Shown here in pieces: positions 10,935 through 22,595 of a stretch of 64,000 nucleotides of DNA (position 1 is the first letter of the stretch; each line of letters opens with the position of its first letter). Source of the stretch: Naegleria gruberi (lineage: Eukaryota). The notes under the pieces were generated by a model, which was not told where the DNA came from, ran no database searches, and saw only the letters and a program-made list of their open reading frames with translations. The stretch lies in the NCBI GenBank assembly GCA_000004985.1, contig GG738882.1; one strand, 5' to 3'. A program made the position numbers and the translations under genes.

Positions 10935-12662
10935 TTAAATATTGATTTCAACAGTTCCATTTTCCAAGTCTGCCAATAAATTCTTCATTTGACTGTCAAT
11001 GGTTGAGAGAGCAAATTGGACATGTTCGAGATTTGTGAAGGAACCACAAATTGCCAATCTCAAACAATACTTTCCACCCAAAACAGTATGACTCATGTAC
11101 ATCATACCATTTACATTAATTCTTTCAATAAGAATCTCGTTGAAACGATTTTCCTTTTGGAGAGACCATTCTGAATTGTGATATCTGAAACAGATAAGAC
11201 TGGTAACTCTTGGAGCTAGGAATTCAATGCATGATTGCTTTCTCAATTCAGTTTCGGCATATTTTGTAAGATTAATGTGATGTCTGAGATACTTTTGAAG
11301 TCCACTAATACCATAAACTCTCATAACAAGCCACAATTTCAAAGATCTGAAACGTCTACCAAGAGGCAACTGCCAATCTCTGTAATCAGTAACAAGTCCA
11401 CTACTGGATGCCTTATTTTTCAAATATTCAGGATCTAAAGACAGAGCATTCTTCAAATGTTTTCTCTCCTTGACCCAAAATGCACAACAATCAAAGTTTG
11501 TCAACATCCACTTGTGAGGATTGAATGTGAAAGAATCAGCAAATTCCAAATATTCACAATTATCACCACCAACAAAAGCTTGTCTACATTCAGGTAGCAT
11601 GAGTGATGATCCAACGAATGCAGCATCAACATGAAGGAATAATGAAAACTTTTGACAAATTGCTCCAATCTTGGATAAATCATCAATGGCAGTGCTACTT
11701 GTTGTTCCAATGGTTCCACAAACAAAGAATGGAATTAAACCATTTTCCAAATCCTGTTGAATAGTTTTTTCCAATTCATTTTCATTCATATTATAAGTGT
11801 CTGGATAGGCAGATATTTTCCTCAAATGAATAATACCAGTGACCATGCATGCCTTCTCAATAGAGCTGTGAGTTTGACTTGAAACGTAGGCCACTAACTT
11901 TCCTTGAAAATCAGCTTGATTGAATGAATCACCCATTTCATTCTTCATTTGGACACGTTTCTTTTCTTTAGCTGCTAACATTGCAACTACACCAGCTGAT
12001 GAAGCTGTATCTTGAATGGATCCTCCCTTTTCAGAAAGTGGTTGTTGAGATTTCAAATTTTGTAAAATAACTTACACCTGTTGTTTCACTTAAAAAGTGT
12101 TTTGGTAAATGGAGAGCTTTGGCCAACCAGTCCATAACAATAGTTTCCAATTCTGTGCATGCAGGTGAAGTAATCCAACTAAAACCAATGACATTGAACA
12201 TTCCTGACAAGATGTCACCAATGAGAGCAGGATATGAAAAATTGGCAGAAAAGAACTATCATTTTCAATTATTCTAATACATGTATTCCAAAAACCTACA
12301 GAATAGAAATTAGGATGTTGCCAATGAGTTACTCCCATAGTAATCTTCTCAGAAACATCTTTCAAAATATCATCAAATGATTCTCCATTAAGAGGTGCTT
12401 CATTTGGTAATAATTTTTGCAAATAACCTGGTTGTACTTGAGAACAGACTGGGTGATGAATTTTGTTTTCTTCTAAAGTATTGTTTGGATTAATTAATTG
12501 ATCATGATAATTAACAATATAATCACCAACTGTATTTAGGTGATTTTTGAAATCGGAGGCAGACCATGGATGTTGAAAATTGAGTTCTTCAAGTGTAAAT
12601 TCCGATGATGAATTGTTATTCTCTTGTGATGGGAGTGGCTGTTGATTGTTTGATGGAAGCAT
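10935..12662 (-). CDS. DDC: Aromatic-L-amino-acid (DOPA/Tyr/His-type, group II PLP) decarboxylase; exons 12662..12300, 12255..12076, 12026..10935
   Basis: Motifs HWQHPNF, SPACTELE...MDWLAKALHLP, LVAYVSSQTHSSIEKA and FNPHKWMLTNFDCCAFWVK. ORF 12090..12662 leaves the homology at a GTAGGT at 12299-12294. Introns 12256..12299 (44 nt) and 12027..12075 (49 nt, GTAAGT...GAAAAG) restore the conserved order. About 544 aa. Confidence 0.8.
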
Positions 12663-12758
12663 TTTTTTTATGTGAATTTACTAGTTGACCAATTCTTCCT
12701 TTCATAGATGTCTTCTTATTACAATAATACAATCAATTTATATACAAAATTTGTACAA

Positions 12759-15700
12759 TTATTTCTTAGTATCACCAGAATAGAGGGAGATGATAGAATC
12801 GGTTGATCCAGCTGCTAAACACATTCTGAAAGGATGGAATGCAAGACATGAAATTGGACCAATTCTTTGACCTAAAAATCCGTCATGATAATAAATCATG
12901 CTTAATGTTTCACCTGATGTGTTGAAAACTTTGATGAATTGGTTATTGCTACCACAAGCCAATACAGGAGCATAATTATGGATGGCTAATGCTGTCATCG
13001 ATCCCTTATGAGCGTTGAATTGTCTTGTGCATTTGTTAGTAACTCTAGTATCCCAGAACATGATATCACCACTAGAATAACCAGTGATAACTTGATTGCT
13101 ATTGACATTTTGAATCTTGGCACTTACTACCCAATTCTTACTGACTTCTTCATAATTTGAAATAAGTTGGTGAGTAAGTACTGGTCCACTATTTGGTGAT
13201 TCTCTCTTGTCGAATAAGAGAACTTTACCATCACTACAACCAGCAGCAAAGAGATATCCATTATTTGGATCAGCCGCAATACTCGTAACTGGAACATCCA
13301 GAGGAATATTTTGAACACAATATTCCTTATCGACATCCCAAATCTTGACTTTTTCAATATCACCAGTGACATAAAGTGTACCATTGTGTTGTTGCCATTC
13401 TGTTAAAATTCCCAGACCTGAATCACTGCTGAGGGCTTCATGAGCAGCTCGGAAAGAAGATACTGGCTCTTCTTTCTTTTCATAATTCTTATAGATTGCA
13501 ACATTACCAGCTGCTGATGCAACCAACAACATGGATTGCTCTGCCTCTTCGTTAATGATATGGAAATCTGTAATTCTACTCTTGAGAATGTCACCACATC
13601 TAAATTGATTCACAATAGCACCTCTAACCCAATTCCAAACACTTAAACCATCATTCTCATCAGAAACTACTAAATATGGTTCAAATCCATGGAATTTCAT
13701 TTGAGAACAAATTTCACTTTCATTTCCAAAGAAACCAATTTGTTCTTCCAACTTCTTTTTACCAGCAACCTTGAGCATTGTATTGGCTTCCTTAACCAAA
13801 TGCTCGTTTCTCTTTCTTCTCTTAAGAACTTGTTGGGATACAAAGCTGTCATCCTTTGGTGAATTCTCGGTAAGAATTGGATTTGAAAAATATTCACAAC
13901 TTCTTTCATAAAAGTTTGATTTCATGAATATCATATTACTGTTAGAAGAAGAGGTGACATCCAAGCTGTCAGAGTCAGTATCTTCATCAGAATAATTGCT
14001 TTGTTGATTAACAAATCCGGCTTTCAAAAAGTCAGAATCACTAGCGCTTCTTCTCATTGATAATTTGTCAATCAATCTCTTTTGCATTGGCTTGGCTGGA
14101 CTCTTTGGAGTATTTTGAGTATTATTGAATGCCTTTTCTTTGATGAGGAAGAGTTCTCTTTCGAAATCTTCATCGTTCAATTTTGAGTAAGTATACCTCA
14201 TAAAGCTCAGAATCTTGTGGGCTTCTTCGGCAACTTCGCGAACAGGATCAAAACACAACATAATAGCCACTCTACAAACGTCAAGAGCAAAATATGAAAG
14301 TTGACCAAGCTCTCTATCCTTCATATCTTTGAGAACTCGGGCATCCTTTGGAGTGGAAGGTTGAGTGGTAACTTCATCAACAGGTTTTCTTTCCTTCTTT
14401 TTCTTCTTCTTTTGTTGGAATATTAAAGTATTAGGTGATGATGAGTTTGAACCAGAAACCAAAATTGGTGTTGGGGCATTGTTGAGGTAGTGAGTTTCTT
14501 CCTTAATTATGGATTTCAAAAGTTCTGGTGCAATAAATTCGCCATATTGTTGAATAAATGTACCAAGAGCATAAACTAGCTCCTTTCTAACCATTGGAGA
14601 ACCATCCAAAATTGTTTGATAAAGAGCAGTGCAAATCTTGATTTCTCCTTGTACTCTTTCTTCGGATTTTTCTGGCTTATTTCCAACAAACTTTTGAAGA
14701 GTGAAAATACTTGCTGCTCTAACTTCTGGTACATCATCATTTAAAAGTCTTAAAACTTTTTCATGAGTAGTAGATTTGATAGCCAATTCTTGACCTTCAT
14801 CAAAATCTTCAACGAGCTTTGCAATCAAGAGACATGCCCACTTTCTAAGAATTGGATCTTGTTCAGTCAATTGAGAGGAGCAAAGATCAAACAAGTTCTT
14901 ATATTTGAGACATGCTTGTTGGCCAGGATTAAATCTATCTGCAATAACTGATAAAACAAAGCAAGACATTGCTCTCAATTCAGTATCATTATTTCTTTCA
15001 ACTAGTACATTGATGAAATAGCTATGACCATGATCCTTTACAAGATCAATTTGGCATGGTTTGTCGAGTGCCAAAATTTTAGTCCAAATAAATACTAAAA
15101 TTCTTCGAAGTTCTACAGAGTTACTTTGGAGAAGTTTGAGAACGTATGGGAAAATACCAACAGAGAGAGCCAAGTTTACAGCCCAGCTTCCCATATCCAA
15201 AAATCTTCCCAATAATGTGAGAGCTCTCAAACGATGGCTTTGACTGAGTAAAACTTGAAGTAAGATTGGGAGTTGTGTTGGTGGTTTTTGAATTCTATGA
15301 CCAAATTCCAACCAAACTTGGAAATCTGTAAGTTGTGCAGAGAAGAATGGGTTATATTGATATTCAGCACTTGGATTGTTAAATAAGTTAGGAAGTTGTG
15401 ATACACATTGGTCAAGAGCCAAATCCCATGCATCCCACATTGGATGGTTGTGTGTTTCAGGTAATTTAGGATAGCTTACTGGTGTACAATTAGCTGATCT
15501 CATAATTCTATCAGCCAACAAGAAATTTCTAAACAAACTAGCAACAAGAAGATCTTGTCTGAAAAGTTTGTGGAATAAATCTCTTGGTAAAACATTCCAA
15601 GCAATAGTATCAGTAACTGCAGTAAAGATCCAATTCAATTCACCAAGAGGTGTTCTTCTGTCATTGATTCTACCTGGAATATTTTCTATCAAGTCATCAG

Positions 15701-16838
15701 TAACTCCAGAAACGAGCTTATTACGTTGTCTAAACCATCTCAATGCAATTTTGATAGGTGTAGTAAGACATGATGTGAATAAATCAGCTGGGTATTCAGG
15801 ATTCATTGGTAAATTTTCTTTAACTCCACAAGCTGCTAAAATAATATTTTCCTTCTTCATGACACTTCCTCTTGGAGGAGCATCTTTTTGTTCAATAATT
15901 TGAATAAAACTATTCAAAATTATTCCGGCATTAGAGCAATCAAAAACATAAATTGAAGGAGAATCCATCCAACAATACAGATCATAAAGTGACAATGGAA
16001 TATACTGAGTAAAGGTCTTATTGAAAACCCAAATTTCACCATTTGTTGTTGGTTTTGGAACACCGTGACCATTGTAATGGAACAGTATTCTCTCCTTTTT
16101 AGCACTTTTTCTTAACTGTACACAAGTTTTTTTAACATCTTCAACAGTAGGATCAAGACATTGCTTATATCTTGCTCTTGGTTGCCAACGTTCATATTGT
16201 AATTTCAAATTACTACCAATAGCTTCCAAAGCCTTTTGTGGATGAGTTTGAGGATCAACCCAACACTCCAACTTTGCACAAGGTTGAACCTTGACAACAT
16301 CTGGAGGATCAACTCCAATATTCAAACAAACAACAAGTGCAACGTGAACAGTTTTTAACTAAATTCAAAATTATTAAATATGAAATTGGTATATATTTCT
16401 ACTACTTACTCTTTGTTTCATTCTCCAATCTATAACTTCTCTAGGTACTGGAGTAAAAACTTGATGTCTATCACTTGTGAAAAAGAGAGGCTTGTTTGGA
16501 AGGTTAGTAGATTTTCTTCTTCTAGATTTTGTCAATCTAAACGAAGCTAAACCATCAGAACTTTGACCAAATGGTGGAGAAATAGATGTGTTTGATGAAG
16601 GAGAAACATTGTTCATACTCGGAGTTGAAAGACCTTGATTATTTTGAGAGTAACCATCATCATAATAATCCCCTCCTAGAGTTGATCTTCCTGATTGAGC
16701 ATATTTTGGCTCATTTTCAAAGTTTTCTTCATCATCATTTTGTTGTTGATTGTTTGGTTCATCATTATCGATATCATCATTATCGTCATCTTGATTTGTT
16801 CTCCTTCTGGAGTTTTCTTCATAATCGTTTGGAATCAT
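12759..16838 (-). CDS. RPTOR: Regulatory-associated protein of TOR (Raptor); exon 1 16838..16410, intron 16359..16409 (51 nt), exon 2 16358..12759
   Basis: Exon 2 begins LKTVHVALVVCLNIGVDPPDVVKVQPCAKLECWVDP..., which is the Raptor RNC/caspase-like domain. It continues with HEAT repeats and C-terminal WD40 repeats. The ORF 16374..16838 ends in ...NKPLFFTSDRH...IDWRMKQR|GTAAGT, which matches the Raptor N-terminus (LPLAFMKKRH...[28 protein letters not shown]). About 1342 aa. Confidence 0.85.
16359..16409 (-). other. Spliceosomal intron (51 nt) in Raptor, GTAAGT...TTTAATAATTTTGAATTTAG
   Basis: The intron joins ...WRMKQR to LKTVHVALVVCLNIGVDPPDV, reproducing the conserved Raptor N-terminus. Confidence 0.8.
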
Positions 16839-17401
16839 TGTTTAGATGATGATTTTTGTTATTTAAATTCTACTACTATATTCGTATTTGTGGAAAGTAA
16901 ATATGTGTGTGGTGTTCTGAGTAATGTCCTATTATTATTTCTTGTCAAAATAATTCATTTCAATGTAAATACGCTTCACGACCACACAACGTATTTTTTT
17001 AATTTGATTAAAAAAAAATATTAATATTTTAAATACCAAGAAGAATTGCACGCGACAGCTTGTGATATTTTCGGCTAAGAGAGAAGATGATTGCCAACCC
17101 AATTAGTTTCAATTACTAAAGATTAATTTTTCGGATTTTATTTACGAACAATTGCCTTTTGCTTTTGGTATTATTGAAAGTTAAATTTAGCAATTTTTGA
17201 TAATATCATAGATCTTTTGCAGAGATGGAATTGATACCAACCACAGAAACTTTCTCAAAGAAGCTTACTTTCATATTTCAATCCAACCCAATGTTTACAA
17301 CCAAGTAATGGACGTTATTACTTCGTTGTCCATAAAAAAATTAAGGTCATTCCAATAAAAAAACAAAAATACTGCCTTATATGTGAACCTATAGGTTTAG
17401 T

Positions 17402-18664
17402 TTATTTGAAGAATAAAATTCCATAATCTAGGATCTGCATTTTGTACAAGTCTTTGTAGCTTTGTTGATGTGGAGCTAAAGAAGGATTATAGCCTGTTTG
17501 TCTGTTACTAGCTTTCAGGTTTTGAAGATGACAATATTTAACACCCTCCTTTCCATCAGGATGTTCACCTCCAAACAGTAATCTGTAATGTACATTTTGA
17601 GACCAGGTAGCAAACTTTAACTCGTCACGGTAAAGTTGAACTAGTTCAGTGGCCAGTCTATCATCGTTGAAATTTCTATTGGCACCTTGGTAAAATGTGG
17701 TATTTCTCTTTTGGTGGTATTTTTGTCTGGATGTCTTACTGAAAATATCATAAACACAGGCAAGAGTTAGCACTTGCTTACTGTTTGTGAGCTTGATTAA
17801 TAATTCTACAGAACGTTCCCAATTTTTTCTGTCATATGCATTGTGAGGCTTGTAGTACTGAGATAGACTGTTAACTACTATACACTTGTATGAATTCAAT
17901 TGTTCCAAGTTTTGAAAATTATCCTTTAGGGATTCTCTTTCAGCTGATAAATCTTCATTTTCCATTAATTGCTTTTCTCTCATCATGTTACTCTCGTTGT
18001 GTCTCCTGTGTAGTGCTTCAAAGGCAAGGGCAAGTTGAAAGGAATTGTCAACTCTAAAAATATGAATTCTGCTCAATACTTCCAACACAAATGAATTATA
18101 ACTAATTTCTGATGCATCAAAGATTTCTTCCACAATCATTTCCTCTGATATCGAACTAAAATCAATCATCTCTCCAGATTTTCGTTTCATATCATAGAAG
18201 GCCTTATAAATATTCATTTCTACAATTTCTATAAATCTTGGTTTTTCAAATTTATCATCCAAATCAAAATACAGAACTTGACATCCTTCTCTTGGTTTAG
18301 TCTTTTCATCCCCAGAGAATTGTAGAGTTTTAAAATGTGAAGGCATAGCAATATGACACATGGCAGTATAACAAGTTTGTGTAATACCCTGCCCTTCATT
18401 TCCATACAATTCAACAATAGTTCCTCCCAATTTCATCTCTCCGATCACTTGATCAAACGGTTCAACACCTGTCTGCAGTGCATCAGTTCTTTTTCTCTTG
18501 AAAAAACTTAAAGCATTCTCCGAATAAACCTTATTATCAAGAAATAGAGAATTTGTTTCCTTTGATGTACTCGTTCCGACAATACTATTAATTTGTGAGT
18601 CACATTCCATCTCCGATGAGGAGAAGCCAAACAAGAGACTTTGAAACTCTGGTGCTAGCTGCAT
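17402..18664 (-). CDS. RecA/Rad51-fold paralog-like protein (XRCC2/Rad51-paralog-like) with degenerate Walker A
   Basis: GGTIVELYGNEGQGITQTCYTAMC parallels the Rad51-paralog Walker A region ([22 protein letters not shown]), but the GKT is replaced by GIT. The rest is a hydrophobic core consistent with a RecA fold. Start context aaaaaaATG. Confidence 0.4.
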   Translation of the reverse strand: MQLAPEFQSLLFGFSSSEMECDSQINSIVGTSTSKETNSLFLDNKVYSENALSFFKRKRTDALQTGVEPFDQVIGEMKLGGTIVELYGNEGQGITQTCYTAMCHIAMPSHFKTLQFSGDEKTKPREGCQVLYFDLDDKFEKPRFIEIVEMNIYKAFYDMKRKSGEMIDFSSISEEMIVEEIFDASEISYNSFVLEVLSRIHIFRVDNSFQLALAFEALHRRHNESNMMREKQLMENEDLSAERESLKDNFQNLEQLNSYKCIVVNSLSQYYKPHNAYDRKNWERSVELLIKLTNSKQVLTLACVYDIFSKTSRQKYHQKRNTTFYQGANRNFNDDRLATELVQLYRDELKFATWSQNVHYRLLFGGEHPDGKEGVKYCHLQNLKASNRQTGYNPSLAPHQQSYKDLYKMQILDYGILFFK

Positions 18665-18914
18665 TTTTTTATTTTATTTTTTAATTAAATGTCTATTTTT
18701 AAGTGGAAGAATTTTTCCAGATTATTTTGGAAGCAATCATTTCAAATGAAAATAATTTGACAGTTTTGAATTAGAATTGGAAAACATGAATAACTTTTAC
18801 AATAATCTCTAAACTTTTAAATATGAGATATTTTATAAACGTCTTTTAAGAGATGAATAATAAACTATTTAAACTTGTAGATTGTAATAAGTTTCCAACA
18901 AGCTATTAGAAAAA

Positions 18915-19154
18915 ATGTTAGAAAGTGAAAACAAAGAATGCAAAGCGACAAAGCTTCTCAAGTCTTTGGGTTATTCCTCCCCAAAGAAATTAACTGATAG
19001 AGGCGAAAGAAACACCATAAAAATAACTCTCTTTGAGGCTGAAATTCTTAAAGACCTCAATTCCAAAGAGAAAGTTGTAATTCGAATGGTTGAAAATCTC
19101 GATCCAGAAGTACTAGTAGAGTTCGAAAAGGAATATGAAGCTGCTAAAATATAA
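18915..19154 (+). CDS. Possible 5' exon or remnant: degenerate protein-kinase N-lobe-like 79-aa ORF upstream of the TPR gene
   Basis: Start context gaaaaaATG. LLKSLGYSSPKKL resembles a glycine-loop. IKITLFEAEILKDLN..VVIRMVEN...LVEFEKEYEA is ordered like subdomains II-V (VAIK, alphaC, hinge). It ends in a TAA, and I could not define any splice to the downstream exons. Confidence 0.3.
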   Translation: MLESENKECKATKLLKSLGYSSPKKLTDRGERNTIKITLFEAEILKDLNSKEKVVIRMVENLDPEVLVEFEKEYEAAKI

Positions 19155-19329
19155 ATATAAAGATCAGATCCGTTGGAAGACATGTCTCTTCACTGGATGT
19201 CTCATTTTGCAAGACTAGTTGTTCTAAATCACTGAAATATTTTGGCATTTCAAAAATCAAGTATTTTTCATAAGGTATTACCTTGTTGATTTTTACAATA
19301 TTTGGATGATTAATATCTTTTAATTCAAG

Positions 19330-20819
19330 TTACTTCTCCTCCTGAATTATATAGTGAAACATATGATGTTTGGGAGTTGGGAGCTATTATTTATCAAATG
19401 ATAACTGGTGATTTAACAACCACGTTTCGTCTATTGCAACCTCACCAATTAAGAATGCATTTATATGGAACTGATGAAGAGAATCAAGTTGTAACAGATG
19501 GTTTGTATCAGAAAAGATTGAGGAATAGCTATATGGTCCCATACTTGTGGTCCTGTTTTCAGAATCATGCAAAGAGGATTCCTTCTGTTGCAATTATGGA
19601 GGAAATACTTGCTCAATTTTACTTTTATGTTTCGAATACAAAGAAGATTTTGACAAAGGAAAGAAAGGAAAAACCAAAGGAATTTTTCGTGTTGAACTTT
19701 TTCCAACACTTAGCAACAAACGAGGACAAGTTTGAAGAAATTCTCAAAATGGAATCTAAAGACATGAATAATACAGAGCTATACATTAAGAATGTGTTCA
19801 ACACCATGTTTGGTAATAAGGGAGTTTTCAATGTAAAAGAAGGAGAATCCAGTAATGAGTTGAAGAAATATTCTGTGTACTTTAACAAATTTCAAGGGTT
19901 TTATATGTTATTCAATGAGAAGTTTGACACGGCAAAGACTATCTTCCAAAACGTGTTGAATATTCATGCACATGATTTCACAGCATTTAATAATAAGGCC
20001 TTGGTTGATATGGCTTTTTCCAAGTTGGATGCAAACGGGGAATCAAAGAAATATTTGTCAGATGCCAAATCAGGTTTGATGCAAGCTATCAACAACGATC
20101 CTTTTTATGTTAGTGCACTAGTCAATCTTGCCAATATTTATGAATTCGAAGGAGAAACTCATAAAGCGACAGAAAATTACGACAAGGCTTGTAAATATTC
20201 CAGAATAGATCGTCAGAAATTCAATTCCCATCTTAACAGGGCTATTTTCAAAGCGCAGCAATGTTCATTTGATGAAGCACATAGTGATATCAATGAACTA
20301 TTGGCCATATTTACTCAATCTCCAATCATTCATGCCACCAAACAATTAATTAAGTGGATGCAATTGAGAAGTATTCCAACTTCCGCATCTGATTTTGTCA
20401 AGTTGGAAAATGAAATTTTGGAAGAATTTATGCATTTAGAGAAAGTTAAATACCTTCAAAATAATATTCCTTTCCAATTATATAAGGTGCTTTTCTATTT
20501 CCACAAACAGATACTCAAGAAGGATTCTCTCAAGCTATTGAAAGATATATTCCCTAATAAGGTTGAACCAAAAGTTCTATTCTGTTCCACCATTGTAAAT
20601 AGATTCTCTCTGCAATACTTTGAAAATGGAGAAATTCAAACCATTCCTCTTTTCAGAAATGAAATTTTGGATCTACTCAATGAATTGGAATTGTGTCCTC
20701 TTGAAAAAAGACCTGAATTTTCAGTTAATGATTTAGTTCAACTTTCGAGAGGTGATTATCCTTCCCTCACTCTCAAAATCAAAAATCTTACTAATCTTCT
20801 GTTAGGTATCAATTATTGA
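19330..20819 (+). CDS. TPR-repeat protein whose 5' part encodes protein-kinase C-lobe remnants (APE, subdomain IX); the upstream exon structure is unresolved
   Basis: Just upstream of the ORF at 19377, the in-frame translation reads TSPPELYSETYDVWELGAIIYQMITG (APE motif and subdomain IX). Further upstream, in another frame, 19169..19260 encodes HVSSLDVSFCKTSCSKSLKYFGISKIK (HRD-like and DFG-like). The rest, from 19400 to 20819, is TPR-like (...ALVNLANIYEFEGETHKATENYDKA...). Confidence 0.5.
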
Positions 20820-21078
20820 TTGAAGTTTCAAATTAACTATTCTCAACTAATCAAAAAGACTTTCCATTAAGACACATGTTTTCACAATCGATCATTCCCA
20901 GTATGCAACAAAAACCTTCTCAAAAACAAATTAAAAACAAGAATATTTTAAACCTTTGGATTTCGCTCTTCGAATGTAGCACCTCCTCATAGCCCGACGT
21001 TGTCAGAAACTCACATCCGATTCCTTGCATTTTCACATCATAAGCAGCAACAATTCAACATTATTTAGTATTAAAAAA

Positions 21079-22398
21079 ATGTCTGTTGTTATCACTGGTG
21101 GATGTGGTTGTATTGCTCAACATTTGGTGAGGGAATTAATCATCAATAATGAGAAAATGGCACTTGGTGTCGAGAATATAATTTTGTTGGATGTGAGACC
21201 GAATTGGAGACCTTTCTGGCATGATTATAAAGAACTGGAGGGATCACAAGGGGATCATGATCGGTTGAGACCCTATCCAACACTAGAACAGGAAAAGATT
21301 GTGAAATTTTACTCTGTTGATTTGAGTAATAAGGAAAAATTGGAAGAACTTTTTGAGAATGAATTGATTCCTAATTTCCCAAATTTGAGTACTATATTCC
21401 ATGTCTTGTCAACAACAGTGTTGTGGTCTCCAACCTTTGATATTTATGATAAGATTAATGTGAAATTGACAGAAACCTTGTTGGATATTAGTTACAAGTA
21501 TGATTCGATTAAGAATTTTATTTATACTAGTTCTGGATCGATATTTTGGAGAGAATTCAATGAAAAGAACAAACGATTGGAGCTCAGAGAGGAAGAATAC
21601 CAAACTGTTGAAAGAGATGAGAAGGGTTATGTGAAAAATGTTAAACTTCACTTTTCAACTCCACCATCAAGTATGGATTACAGCTATGTTCGTAGTAAAC
21701 AATTGGCGAATGAGATGGTTGTTGAGAGAACATTCAGAGACAAGTCCAAGCATCTGAATACTGTTTCTCTGGCCTTGTGTATGTCAATTTATGGTGAATC
21801 TGAAATTCAAATCTCTAATAGTGTGACACAACCTTACATTTTGAACAAATCAGGAGGAAAGGGACATAATTTATATTCTGGAAATGCAGCCTATGCTCAC
21901 GTAATGGTATTCAAGGCAATGCAAGATCAGGAAAAGGCAAATAGAATGAGAGGATTGACCTACATGATTTATGACAACAACGTTGGTCAATTACACAATG
22001 AAGCAGTTAGAGGAATAATGAAATGCGTAACTGGAGATGCAGAAACCTATAGCGAGGATAGATCTGAAGCAGTTTCTTTAAAAATTCTCTATGCTATCTG
22101 GTACTATTTCTGTGTAGTCAATTTCTTCGTCTATTTATTAACCTTACTCGTTCCACAAGCCAAAAAGTGGTACTTTATGCCATTCATTACTGCATTTATC
22201 ATTGATATTACTTATTTGGATAGATATATGGTGTGTAAGACATTGAATGCAAAGAATGATTTTGGATATGAAGAAAAATACACCACCCAAGACAATTACT
22301 CTCAAATAGCTCTACACTTTAAAATATTGGAAAAACAAGGTAAAATGAAACTCCACAGATTGCCACCAGTTAACAAATCTGATAAGAAATCATTATAA
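21079..22398 (+). CDS. NSDHL: 3-beta-hydroxysteroid dehydrogenase / sterol-4-alpha-carboxylate 3-dehydrogenase family (NSDHL/ERG26-like) with C-terminal membrane segments
   Basis: Rossmann N-terminus MSVVITGGCGCIAQHLV. Catalytic YxxxK in DYSYVRSKQLANEMV. C-terminal hydrophobic helices ILYAIWYYFCVVNFFVYLLTLLV. I take the first in-frame ATG at 21079; the ORF track starts at 21025 on a non-ATG codon. Confidence 0.7.
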   Translation: MSVVITGGCGCIAQHLVRELIINNEKMALGVENIILLDVRPNWRPFWHDYKELEGSQGDHDRLRPYPTLEQEKIVKFYSVDLSNKEKLEELFENELIPNFPNLSTIFHVLSTTVLWSPTFDIYDKINVKLTETLLDISYKYDSIKNFIYTSSGSIFWREFNEKNKRLELREEEYQTVERDEKGYVKNVKLHFSTPPSSMDYSYVRSKQLANEMVVERTFRDKSKHLNTVSLALCMSIYGESEIQISNSVTQPYILNKSGGKGHNLYSGNAAYAHVMVFKAMQDQEKANRMRGLTYMIYDNNVGQLHNEAVRGIMKCVTGDAETYSEDRSEAVSLKILYAIWYYFCVVNFFVYLLTLLVPQAKKWYFMPFITAFIIDITYLDRYMVCKTLNAKNDFGYEEKYTTQDNYSQIALHFKILEKQGKMKLHRLPPVNKSDKKSL

Positions 22399-22595
22399 AT
22401 TATATTCGAATGTTATGTGCTTTTCGACAACATATTTTAACAAGATTCTTATTGTTTGCAAATCTCAATCTAATTGCCATGTAAACACACTCCCAATTTC
22501 TAATGTTAAATTTCATTCACTGCTCGTTTAAATCATAATTTGAAACAAAAATTAGAAAATAAATTTAAAAATAAAAAATTCTCATTAAAAAAAAA

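Noticed and set aside
16374-16838. Stand-alone 154-aa acidic protein immediately upstream of Raptor
   Set aside because: Its C-terminus (PLFFTSDRH...DWRMKQR) is the conserved Raptor N-terminus. It is followed by GTAAGT and a 51-nt intron, so it is Raptor exon 1.
18665-19376. A complete canonical kinase domain upstream of the TPR ORF, joined by ordinary introns
   Set aside because: I could not find GT...AG pairs with compatible phase. The αD-αE region is absent. I report it as remnants or a pseudokinase and not as a clean gene model.
20950-21040. tRNA-like sequence (TTCGAA / CCGATTCC elements) in the intergenic region before the NSDHL-like gene
   Set aside because: I could not build a cloverleaf. 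The T-stem positions do not pair on either strand and there is no G53/C61.
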